From positions 1-64,000 of the forward strand of contig WELA01002856.1 in NCBI GenBank assembly GCA_009602735.1: a DNA stretch of 64,000 bases. The letters are read 5' to 3'. The position numbers and the translations under genes were made by a program. The stretch is from Mesotaenium endlicherianum (taxonomy: Eukaryota). A model generated the notes under the pieces. That model saw only the letters and a program-made list of their open reading frames with translations, did no database searches and was not told the DNA's origin. The stretch's first letter is position 1. Every line of letters starts with the position of its first letter. This document shows, piece by piece, positions 1-11,785 of this stretch.

Positions 1-36
<36 letters not shown>
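1..36. repeat. (GA)n microsatellite, truncated by the window edge
   Basis: Perfect GA dinucleotide run. Confidence 0.95.
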
Positions 37-37
<1 letters not shown>

Positions 38-1999
38 GAAAGTAAAAGTCTTGTCTTCAGATCGTTGATATGACTCTTCTATTGAGATATTATTTGTTTA
101 CAATCTAATTTAATATTAATTGTGCACATATGTGTGTTCAATATATCATGATTTTTTCTAAATTCACCTATTGAATCATAATATTAGTATTGGATTTTGT
201 TTCTATTTTAGTTTTATTGTAGAAGATTATTCGCAAAATTCGTTTTGTGGTGATAAATTGACGGGCTTTGTAATGAATCATATGGACAATTTGTAATTTC
301 TAACCGAGCGATGACTATTGTGTTGTTTGATTGTTTGCTTTTGAGTTGTACACTTTTGCTTGTGAAAATAAGAGTACGACATTCAATTTGTAAGCGATTT
401 GGGCGACACTTGTTGGTCGACAAGGATCAGTAATTAGTTGTTGAGTAAGTAATGGCGCGTCGTTTCTTCGTCGCAATTTAATCATAAGCTTGATGGTGTT
501 ACCTTTGTGAAGGCCAACATTAGGAAAGGATACACATAGCTTTCTTTGAGCAGCCTTTTAGGAATATTCTTCATTAAGCTTCGACTTGCATGTCTCAAAT
601 CGAAGACCTAGTGCCCATATGCAAGTACTCGTTCATCAATCAATTTACATGGAAAAATCAATTCATGTTTTGTTCTCATTGATTTGTTAATGAGGTATTG
701 AGTCACACAAGTTTACAAAATTGGCTGAGAACTTCGATCTGTATAAAGTTTAGAAGCTTTAATTCCCTGTTTGAACCACCCATTGCAAACTCTTTCTTGT
801 GGGATGGAACGCCTTTCGTTTGCTTTAATTTATTTAAAATCTATAGCTGGCTGATTTTTCTGTCGTTTTAATGCTTCATAAATTGTCGGCTATCTTGCTT
901 CTTCAAGCACGCTTGTCATTTCGATCGCACGCGTAGTCGGTAGCTTCACACGGAGCGACGACCTGGCTCTCCTTTCAGTCCATTTCAGTCTCCCGCTAGA
1001 AAATTATCCCCTAGTACCACACGAGCGGTTTCCGTCGCTCGAGAAGATCCCCGGTACAGTGGCGTGTCGTCGGTGGCGATTCTGTTCGGCTCACACACTC
1101 TCACATGATTCAGCTCTCTGACGAGAGCTGACAGCTCCTGACGCGGTACAACGCATAAACTTGACCCGCTCACATTTTTGAAATGTGAGTTGCTTTCCTT
1201 TGAGATCGAGTGCCCCAGAGCGTACATTTTGAAAAAGGGAAACTGGGCACAAGCGCCCAAATCTGATAGATGTCGTTCTTGGCAACTTTGCCCAAGAAAA
1301 TGGGCTAAAGTTGGGAGCACGAGTTGCATTTATGCAAAGAGATGTGAACAATCAACACCTGGTCTTGTTCGATTGCCCTACTGTACTCGAATATAAATAC
1401 AACGGGCCACATCCAACCCAGCATTTGGCTGCAATACCTACTAGGTGTAAACACATTTCATACTTCAAAGGAGAACCCTGTGCATTAAAAATATGTGATT
1501 CCTTTTTTCTGCATGCCACATGTTGCTCATACTACTCCAAGAAATTGTATATTACAGCTGTTTGTACCAAATTGTAACGTGAAGCTTGCCCAGCCATCAT
1601 ATAACAAGGGGGTACATCATTTGTAGAAGTACATTCTTGGACACAATAATATGTGCAAATGAAGTGTTGTGTCGAGGTAGAAGTTACTATTCTATTTGTT
1701 GACATATACATGTACAATATGGTTCACATAATTACATCAACATTCCCGCTCTGTGCGGAAACACCTTCTGGTACGTAAATGGACGCTCGATACTGACTTC
1801 TCCTCGGGCATGCTACTAGACATACCTTCGCAGAGAGGAGAAGTCACAACACAAAAGAACCCGTTGTTTGTCTTTCAAATGGCTCCTGATCCTACTACAT
1901 CAAAATGTGTGAACAATGGAAAAGTCTTCCCCGTACTCGTCATCGACCCGCGTAGATTCGGATGTTCCCCACAGCCTTGCAGTTCAAGCCTTCAAGCTA

Positions 2000-4347
2000 T
2001 CAATGCTTGGCAGGCTTCAAATCGTCCCCGGCTAGATCCTCCCGCTTCCTCTTGATGGCGCCACTAGGCTCGGCCCCATTAGGCACACCCGCTTCCACGT
2101 CATCATCTGGCTCCTCGTCAAAGTCATCATCGTCATCCACGTCATCCCCAGGCTCGTAGTCCACTTCATCCTGGTCGTCTTCAGGCACAGGCTGCACGAG
2201 GTACTCTGTCCCGTACTCAGTTTGGTATGGCTCCTCATCCTCCTCTTCTTGCTCGTCATCATCCTCGTCATCGTCCTACATAACAAGAAGAGAAACTTTG
2301 GTCACAACTGGCCCTCCTCATACACACTACTTGTACCTCCAGCAATGAAGTAGAAACGGACCCAGCTCTCCTTATGCAGTGTAGTCTACAACGTGTGCAG
2401 CAGACACTACTGACTGAACAGACGTGGCCGGCAGTCGAAAGAGAAGCATATGCAGCCTATGTCTTCATCGCTTTGCCACAGATCAAACAACCACCTCAAA
2501 TACATATACCTTGTGAGTATGTTCGCAAACCACAGGGCTGAGGAACAAATATGCCAGACAACAGGGCAACACGACTAGCGTTGCAGGCTACAGGTCTTTG
2601 GACCAAGTCGCTGACCTATTGCAATATGCAAAAGAGAAACAAGTGCTGAACCGTTGCAATGCAATGTGCAGAAGGAAAAGAAGGTGTTCCTCTTCTTCAC
2701 AATGATGCATGCCTCTCTACATTGTATCGAATGCGCTGACAGCGTACCCCCAGATTAGTTTGCAAAAACAGCACGCCTTTCCGCCTGCTAAAAATTCAAG
2801 GAGGCCATCAGCAGCAAGGTATGCTTGAATGGAGTTCTGATGCGTACCACAGATATCTATCTTACCTCAACATTACGGTCATCATGACCACCGTCTCCTC
2901 CTTGACTTCTGACATCAAGTCTAACCTCCACTTGCTCGTCTTCCTCTTCGTCCCCCTCCCCCTCCTCGTCTTCCTCCCCATCCTCATCATCCTCGTACTC
3001 CTCCTCAGCGTCTACGTCACCATGTTGAGCTGGTCTCAATGTCGCCTCTCCGTGGCGTCCATGCAACTCTCCGACTTCGCCACCATCGTCGTCGTCCTCG
3101 TCGTCGTCTTCTCCGTCTTCTGCACCCTCATCGTCTTCCTCGTCTCCTTCTCCATCTGGAACTCCCTCCCCTCCTGTCAGAACAATTTACCTTGCATATG
3201 AGCAAAACAGGGGTACACTCAAACCTGAACCATTCCTTCGAGCTAGAGGCTTAATACAGAACGTGAATGCACTTTAAAAACTGACTTCATCACAAAATGT
3301 AAGCACATACCACCTTAACTTCTTGCGTGACTGACAATACTTATAATCATGTAGGTATGTGCAAGTACACTGGAAACAGTAGGTCTCAGGTTCTCCATTA
3401 CTTTGATACAAGAACACCTAGAGTTAACCCTTCAAGCAGATCTGCAGACAAAGGCATGGAACATGAAAAGATGTACCTTCATCGTCGTCTTCCTCTCCCA
3501 CGTCCTCCACATCAAGCTCGTCCTGGTCCCCATCATCATCTTCTTCATCTTCATCCACTCCATAATCGTCATGCTGCTGACCAGCTATTCCGTACACAGG
3601 CACCTGATCCTTTGACACTTCTACTTCCAGCTCTGCACCTTCCTCGTCCCCGTCCCCCTCCTCTTCATCCTCCTCCACTTCTTCCCTGTCATCGTCCTCA
3701 TCTTCGTCTTCCTCATCCTCATCTTCACTCCCAATATAAACAGTTGGGGGCTTTGGGGCAGGGAGTCCCCCTCCACCTCCTTGTGGAACTTCGTCGTCCT
3801 CGTCCTCGCCTATCCAGTCAGCGTTCTCCTCCTCCCCTTCATCGTCATAGTCATCTTCCTCCTCTTCAGATTCCGGCCGCTCATTGTTCTCGGCGTCCTC
3901 TTTGTCAAGGTATTGGAGTGAAGCCATGATCTTAAACGCTTGGGACCTATAGGCAGGCAGGTTCGTCACTGGGCAAGCATACAAGTCCAGTGACTTCAAG
4001 TTCAGTGCAGCCAAGGGCTTCAAGCTCTCAAGCGTCTGTATCTTATTGTTGCTTAAATCTAGCTCCTTGAGGGCCTGCAGTCCAGCGTGCACCAGGTACT
4101 CTAAGTCCCCAGATATCCTGTTGTCACTAAGAATCAACCGCTGCAAGTGAGGCAGGCACGGAAATCCCTCAAGGGTATTCAGCCCTAAAAAGCTGAGTGA
4201 GAGCTCTCTGAGTTTAGTATACTCAGGAAGCGGACCAACTTGAGGAACTTTTAAGCGGCAGTCAAGATTGAGGTATGTAACTTCTTCAGGAGGAATATCC
4301 CCGTGAGCTTTTCGAGCATGGTCAACAGCTTTGAGCCAAAGTTCCAT
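2000..4347 (-). CDS. ANP32: ANP32-family acidic leucine-rich nuclear phosphoprotein; exons 4347-3477, 3173-2866, 2275-2000 (484 aa)
   Basis: N-terminal LRRs (LRELSLS, LQRLILSDNRI, LKELDLSNNKI, LKSLDLYACPV) and LRRcap (YRSQAFKIMASLQYLD), then a long D/E-rich tail. The tail has the plant-type GTEYLVQPV motif and a C-terminal KRKR NLS. GT-AG introns join in frame (871+308+276 nt = 485 codons including stop). Confidence 0.9.
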
Positions 4348-4561
4348 CACCCTTTAGGGTCACATTTAGCTGCATGTAATGTGCTGACAAAGCCGTCTTG
4401 AGACGCATAAGAAGAACGTAGTAGTGCGTATTCTGATGAACGTGCACCGGATTCTCTCATGATAGACCCGAGCTACAGAAGTCTTCACTTCTCGCCTCTC
4501 GATTGGGGACGAAGAGGAGAAACTGGTCAGTGCTCCTGTAATTCAAACATTTCGATCGGAA
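4348..4561. promoter_or_regulatory. Probable bidirectional promoter between ANP32 and the acyltransferase
   Basis: Only 214 bp separate two divergent start codons. Confidence 0.6.
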
Positions 4562-6942
4562 ATGGACCTGAAGAGTGTAGGAGGAACGTTAGGAGTGGCC
4601 CCCAGCTTACTTATTTTCTTGCTCTGCTTATTCTCCTCCTTGCCAACTAGCTATTTACACAGACGCATACCAACAGTTACTGGTAGAAACTTGTACGCCT
4701 TTATAACCGGGGCTTTACTTTGTTGGTTTTCCTATGGCGGCTTCATGGGTAAGTCAGAGTTCGTTCGGCATTGTGCGCATGTAGAGAGTCAAAATACATC
4801 AGGCGTGGTCCTACTCGCTCAGGTTTCTGTAGCTGATTATGGATGCAAATTACTAGGACCATATGTATCTGCAGTGTGCATTATACTCATGCCAAATGGT
4901 GGCCAATAGGATGGTGTGGCAATCCACAGTCACACAATGAGTCGCAGGCAGTAACATCACGTGTATTCGAGGGTCTTCGAAAAGATATTGCTCTCCTTTT
5001 CCATGTAGGTACTACTGGTTCAGTTTAGTTTGTTCTGAAGGAAGAACCTTGCATGCAATGTTCTGGTCAATCATCTCCCAAGTCCCAGTGAAGCTGGTCA
5101 CGCTGGACGGCTTCCACGGCCGCTCTTCCTATGACAGACACCTCATGTCTGTTATTCTGTACTCTGCGGTGCCACCGTCACCTGCGTGCTGCAGCAAATC
5201 GGCATGTATACGTGCCCATCGCCTTCGCTTATGCAGCCATGGCGGCGACACGCAAGCATTGTGGCATCATTGTCTTTGTCGGCTCTTTTGCCTACTTAAC
5301 ATACTGGTAAAGTCTCAAATATGACATCCTACCGTAACGTAATTGCAAGCCCTGATGTGCTCGTGCCAGAACTTTAACAACCGCCTTGCAGCACAGCAGC
5401 TCTGCGTGTGATTTGCGATTAGGGCTGTGCAAGTAGTCGTCTGGTGCCAAACAAAGCCATATAATATGACGAAACTATGCAGTGCTGACGTTACTGAGCA
5501 GACTTGCTCAAGTGCAGAAACAAACTGACATTTGGAGGCAGGGAGAGAGCCTGAGGTCTGGTAGACAAGAATAGGCATGCGCAGGTCATAATATAGGGAG
5601 CAGACTAAGTGGGTGGACTCGGGCTTGATGAAGAAAGCATGTTTTGCTGGATCAAAGTCTTCAGCACACCCCTGTTCGGTAACAGCAGTATGCAGCTGCC
5701 ACATGGCAGATGCAGCAGCTGCAGCAGACACGTGGCGGGCGTTGGAGGTGCCACGAGCCGTGTGGCACGCACTCGAGTGATCTTACGGCACAGATGTTGT
5801 CTTCCACGTGACGTAGTGGTTGAAGCCTGAGTGGATACTAACGACGTGAATGTACCAATGCATGGCGCAGCCATGTGGCGAGCCTCAGCGGGGACGCTTG
5901 GCGGCAGGGCGGGATTGACTTTACAGGCACCCTCATGGTGGTAACACTCAAGCTCATCTCGTGTGCCTTCGACTACCAGGACGGCCTCTTACCCCCCCAC
6001 AAGGTCTTCCCCCTTGCCCCCTTCCACCTTCCGCCCCCCTTCCCTATCCGTGCACTGTACAGTCGTCACTCAGATGTAACGTTGGGGAGTATGGATCTGA
6101 AGTCACGACGACAGCCTATTTCTCCTCCCCCCCTTTTCTAAAAAGCGCTTCATCATTGTCAACTAGGAGCAGATGGGAGCTTTCGGTATAAAGTTCTTAC
6201 GACGGCCTATCCGTCTTCCCCATCTCTTACCCCCTCCCCCGTCCTTCTCCCACCTCCCCGAGCTCCTTCCATTAAGCGCTAGATAGGAGCTGAGCGCTTT
6301 CTCCCTCCCCCCTCCTTGAAGGAGATGACTGCCTACAGGCGTTTGTGGCAAAGGGCACAAGGCCCCCTCTCGGCAATTTGAATTGAGCATGACAATGCAT
6401 GGGCGTGCATAGGACTCTGTTGTTGCAAGATGATACCGCCTGAGAGTTCTGATTTCCTTGAGAGAGCGTCTGGCAGCTCTGCTAAGCATACCAGAAAGGA
6501 AGGGGGGGGATGCGGTCCTGTGGCAATGGGAAGTTGTGTTGCGAGGGGGTGCTGAATGAGAGGCTAAGAGGAGGAGGTGGGTGTGTGCGCCGTGTGTGGG
6601 CTCTTCCTGTCGTGCTATATCCAGCCCCTGCACAGGTGACGCAGAAGCATCCATGAGCGAATGGAAGCGTTCCTGCTTGCTTGGGCTTGCGCGCAAAGAG
6701 GCAGGCAGGGGGGAAAAGCGAGCAAGCATGCGCGCAGACATGCAGGCAAGGGGGGAGCGAGGAAGTTGACGAGCTAAAAGGGGGGTTTGAGGCGGCAGGC
6801 GGAGCATCGGATGTACGGCAGCCGGCTGGCGCAGATGCCCAGCGTGCTCGAGTTCCTGGGCTACCTCTTTTGCTGCGGCTCTATCCTTGTGGGGCCCGTC
6901 TTTGACATGCGCGCCTACCTGGCATTCACTCGCCGCACTGAG
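4562..6942 (+). CDS. MBOAT lysophospholipid acyltransferase (LPLAT/LPCAT-like), 5' part only; exons 4562-4748, 5195-5306, 5871-6003, ~6799-6942
   Basis: The spliced translation has motifs typical of plant LPLAT1/2: GRNLYAFITG, KHCGIIVF..FAYL, SGDAWRQGGIDFTGTLMVVTLKLISCAFDYQDG, QMPSVLEFLGYLFCCGSILVGPVFD. GT-AG boundaries are in phase. The exon 4 acceptor is uncertain and the downstream exons were not found. Confidence 0.85.
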
Positions 6943-9012
6943 GTGGGCCCGGCTTCCCTCTCCACCCCACCCCATCCCACCCAGCACCCATGTCCTGCTA
7001 CCCCACTGCTTCCTCTGCAAACCTTCACTCGATCAGGTCGGTTGGCTGGCCTGCCTCTCTTTTTGGGCCTGCCTGCCTGCGTGTATGCCCGCCCTGCCTG
7101 TTTAGCTGGCACCCCCCCCATGCAGAAGGCATGCAAAGGGACCGCACATTCCAGAGGGCGCCTTGTCTGGTCCTACTCTCGAGGCCAGCTGGCTTGCTGT
7201 GGTTTGCCCTCCGGTGGTCTGGGCTGAGTGTGACACCCTGGCCCGCTGCCAGCCGTCAGGCATGTAGAGAGAGGCTGAAGAGGCTGACCAGGTGCCGCCC
7301 TCAGGCGATCGCACATGTGCTTGACTCTGGAGTAGATGACCTGATACTCCAGACTTTTTTGAAAAGGCTGAGTGGAAAAAATGTTCAGATTGAGAACAAT
7401 GCTGTAACTACAAAGAAATTAGATTTGACACAAGTAGCCAGCAGAAATACCAGCATATTCCACTTTCTTTTGATAGACTTGAAAACAAGCCGAAAACATT
7501 CTTTCAACTCCCAGTAAGGGGGCATCATGATCACATGTAGTACAATGAAATGTTGTTGAGTGAGTGCTGTTGTCAATACATTGTTGATTAAAGCTAGTCC
7601 AGTCAAGTTTGAAGCTCAGGAGGCAGTAGTAATATTTTGAGTAGTCTTCTGTGGTTGCAATTTTTGTGACAACCGACAAGGTGTAATGCTTAAGCTTTTA
7701 TACCATATGAAATAGCTCTTTAAGAGCTGACGAGTGCACCCCTTCATTCAACGACATGCTACCTACACGTATACGCTTGTCTAAGTGGCACAACGCTTGT
7801 ATATAGGCGTATGGTCTGCTCTACCAAATTTGGTCACACATATCAGACAAGCTTTTTTGGTTTTCAGCATCATACGAAAAACACAAAGAGGGACCTTCAG
7901 ATAGCAAGTCGGCAAACCTATTGTAAATTTGCGTGCAAATGAGCGACTTATCTTAGGCAATATAGGTGCAGCCTAGACAAGAAAGTTGATGTTTGCCCAC
8001 AGAAAGGACTGAGATCCGAACACACAGGCAACAAGGGACTATCTAACAACAACAGTAGCAGCAGGATTCACGTGTCATATTGCTGGCCCAATGGCACGAA
8101 GTGACTGTGTATCAAGCACGTGCTACTGAAGAGGCATCTGGGCAGCATCTGACCACGGCGCAGAATACAACAACAATAATCCACTGTCCTCCCGTCTCCT
8201 ATCCAGTTGTTACTTTCGAGCATACCCAGGGGCATACATATTACCCCCCGGAATATGCTTCTGTGGCTGCAATAGCCATATGAAAGACTCTCTCTCAAGC
8301 ACGATAAGCGGCTGTCTGGGTTAGCGCTTGACTTTTCAAAAGTCGAGAGTGAGCTCCAATACTAATCCTGGTTCATATGAGACGTGGAAATGATGGGCAG
8401 AAAGAACGGTGTGTAAATACCGAACGGCACACTCTCCCTTTGCCTGCCTTGCCTTGCCTATCACAAGGCTTCTACACGGTACTATCGAACTCAACTGTCC
8501 AGTTCTCCTACAACTTTCTGCATAGCAGGCTGCAATTGAACACATTCAGCTAGCTTCCGAGATTATCCTTTCATAACCATTCCACTCCCTTAGCGCTCAA
8601 CGACACTTAGGGCCAGTTTACAGTGGCCAAATCGATGCCGAGTTGATTGATTGAAAAGTACTTCGCTGTACCTTGAAGTACGTTTTCAAATTTAGCGCGA
8701 TGAAACTGGTGTCAAGGCGCGACGCGATTGATTGACGTTTGTGAAGAATTTGATTGAACTTCTGGTTTAAAAAAATCGACCTCGCCTTTTCAATTCTGCT
8801 CTCGAGCAGAATTGAAATTTTGGAATGTGTTCGACCCCTCGAATAACACCTCCTCGACGAGCACTCCATCGACAAGGATTGTCGGTATTAGGTAGGGGAA
8901 TCGAGTGAGGATGTACCCAATGACTACATTCTTTTTTTTGCTACCGATTTCGGTACGACGAGGAGTACAGAAAAAAATAATCGCAAGATGAACGATGCAC
9001 GATGTTAACATA

Positions 9013-10267
9013 TGTCCCGACTAATATCCATTTGACGGTGCCGCACGCGCAGCGCAAGCTACGGCCACCCAGGTACGGAAAGTCAATGTTGACTCACCGA
9101 CCACTTGACTGATTACGTCGCAGTCAGCGGTTATGTCGGCGTCAAGACCACTGGCAAGGGGTCAATGTCAATGTGCCCCACACCCAGGGATGGGGGAGGT
9201 TTTGACAGCATAGACAGCCGCGAGGCTAGAAGCTGGGGATCAATGATGAGCCGCCCAGCAGGTACCAAGTCAGGTACTGTGTGACTGGCAGATTAAACCA
9301 GGTCATGGCCGCATGCCAAGATAGGTTACGGCCGCCCGATTGGGAATCTTGAGCAAGTGGCATTTGCTTGTACACGCCGCTCATGAGTTCTTAGCCATGA
9401 GCCAATTAGGCGTGATTGCCAGCTGAGAAGCTAAGCAGCCACGCGCGACAGTCACGAGGTGTGCATGCATGCCGAGTGACTACGAGCTTGAGTTGAGCAT
9501 GGCTAGGCAGAAGCGACATGCAGCTAAGCTTTGCGACTAAGCACGGCATTCTCGAAAGATGACACTGTGTGGTGCCTGCGAAAGGCACGAATCTTGCCTG
9601 AGGCATGTCATTCACTCTCACGCACTTTTGCCAAGAAGCAGAAGGAGCAGAAGGAGCAGAAGGAAGGAGAAGAAGGGCGCAAAGAAGAAGAAGGAGTTCC
9701 CAAGGCCATTGGAGAGCCGAGGCCCCACGCTTCTGCCGACGCTGAAGATTCTTCTCAGTGTATTATAGATAAGTTAGGATTGTAGGAGTTCCCAAGAGGG
9801 AATCTCACTGTTGAAAGTAAGAAAACTGCAGAATAGAATCTGCTAGGAGATTAGCACAGATTCGGCCGAACGCCACAAGTGTGTGTGAAGCAGCCTTAAA
9901 TTGGTGAGTTGTGTGTTAGTTTCCAAGTTCTCAGAAGTCGCATTCGCATCTCGAAGAGAGAGGGTAGTATTGGCAAATGAAGCTCTCAGTGAAGAACTGA
10001 GTGAGCCTAGCCTGACAGTGAAGAGCTGTTAAGGTGCGGTGTTGAGTGAAGAGCTTGACCCAGGCCAGCATAGACGTGTAGTTTCAAAGTTTTGTAAGTT
10101 GTGACCTTGTGAAAGTTAAGCAAAAGCCTGAAGGGCGATTTTCTTTGAATCTGACATTGTATGTCAAGCTGCTTAGAGTGTGATTTCTGCAAACTACAAT
10201 TTGCTCGCCTGTGAACCCAAGAACCTTGAGGCATAAAGCCTATGTGGAAGTAAGAGACTTCCGTCCT
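9013..10267 (+). repeat. Family A repeat A1 (1255 bp)
   Basis: Colinear with 25987-27241, same length. Confidence 0.95.
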
Positions 10268-10281
10268 ACTTTTGAGAACTT
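10268..10281 (+). promoter_or_regulatory. Putative self-priming primer-binding site, complementary to 9925-9938
   Basis: ACTTTTGAGAACTT pairs 14/14 (one G.U) with AAGTTCTCAGAAGT. It lies immediately 3' of A1 and is conserved in copy 2. Confidence 0.65.
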
Positions 10282-11053
10282 CGGTTCTGTGGTTCAGGTG
10301 AATAGAAATTCCCAAGCAAATTGGGGATTGAGGCCTGTGCGGGCTGCCGGTGCTCACCCTGGAAGGGGACCCGAAGAAATTTGACTGTACATGCGGTTGA
10401 GGAGTCGAACACTCTACTACCCTGTGGAGCCTGCGGAAGGTTCTGATTCAAGCCAGAGTCCACGAGGAAGTGAGACATCTGAGTGCACGGATAACCTGTG
10501 GAGTGAGCAACCGTGTAGTGAAACAGATAGATAAAGTACTTAGTAAAACAGAATAGTTTATCTATTCAAGACAAGGATCTTTGAACACAAGTGGTAGCTT
10601 CTTGAAAGAGAGATGGCTTCTTGAAAGTTAATATATTTCTGGATTTTGGCAAGTACAAGAGTGATTCAGGAATGTCTTTCTATGTTCTAGCTCTTGTTTA
10701 TATACTTGCTACATAAGTAATTTCTAGGAAGGTGTATGTTGATGTGTTGGCACCCAACACATCCCAAAACTTGCCACCTCTTTCTAGAATAATGTACACA
10801 TGTCCTTTTGACCTAAAAATGGCACATCTGACTTTTGCCACATGGAGTTCTTCTAGGTCTTTCCTCTAACTTCGAAAATGCCTTGGAAGGTTCAAAGGAC
10901 ATGAACCAAGTTACTAGAGTACCTATTCACACTTGACTCCACACAATACTACTCCAAATATATTTGAAAACATTAAAATATATGCAAACTAATATATAAT
11001 AACTCAAATCACTACATCACCCCCCCGATAGAAAAAGCGACGTCTCGGCGCGT

Positions 11054-11182
11054 CAAGTCAGGTCTTACACATGTGGAGCAAACTAGTCAACAGTTTCAAG
11101 TCAGATGCCACACATGTGAAGAGGACTAGTCAAAGGCGCCAAGTCAGGTGCTACACATGTAAGGTAGACTAGGCAAGGTCGT
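11054..11182. repeat. Three degenerate ~43-bp tandem repeats in the 3' UTR of element B
   Basis: Unit CAAGTCAG....ACACATGT......ACTAG, three copies. Confidence 0.7.
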
Positions 11183-11785
11183 AGGTGGTGTGACCTTATT
11201 GGCTAGCCTACTCCTTAATGATAAAGAAAATTGTACAAGTTGGCCCAGAATCTGCCACGAACTCAAAAATTCATAGCGGCCACAGAACTGCTCCAAATCT
11301 GAAAATTCGAGTGCCAGACGGACCGCGTCGGAGAACTCTACCGGGTCACCAAATTTGAGAGCATTCTCATTTCTGGAGTGTCGTTGAGAGCTGAGAGAGT
11401 AGGCACTCCTCCAAATCTGTGCAGAAACTTCTGAAAATCATAAGTCCTTCTATACTTCTCCAAATTCTGCAAACTAAGTCTCAAACTGGGCGCTGTAAGA
11501 TGTTCTACCAGAGTCTTGAGTTTCAGAGCATTCCAAGTTCAGGGGAGGGCACAATGTCAGAAGGCATATTCTGCCCTAACAATGCCAGCAGCCTGACCCC
11601 CTTCTACTTAGAGCATCATATCTCTCTCACCAGTGCTCCAAATTGAGCAAACTTGGACTCTAAATGACCGGCTACTCATGGACTACAGCCAGGTAAATTT
11701 TCAGAATTTATTATGCAGAGACCTATTACCAGTAGCAGTTTTAGTTTTCTGTCCAGAAACTGCGAGAAGAGAAGAGTGTCTAATG

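Noticed and set aside
37..1990. Short ORFs between the microsatellite and the ANP32 3' end
   Set aside because: No recognisable motifs or consistent splice structure. Treated as UTR/intergenic sequence.
2821..3929. Plus-strand hydrophobic or His/Pro/Leu-rich ORFs (126 aa, 200 aa, 70 aa)
   Set aside because: Antisense shadows of the Asp/Glu codons of ANP32.
6163..7517. 285-aa minus ORF and 146/175-aa plus ORFs
   Set aside because: GC-rich intron sequence overlapping acyltransferase exon 4. No motifs beyond the exon itself.
9531..9785. Small Lys/Glu-rich or Arg-rich ORFs in repeat A (also 26533-26759 and 61104-61349)
   Set aside because: They arise from a purine-rich GAAGGAGCA repeat in the LTR and show no convincing protein-level conservation.
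11054..11182. CRISPR-like spaced repeats
   Set aside because: Three degenerate head-to-tail units with no unique spacers, inside a retrotransposon UTR.
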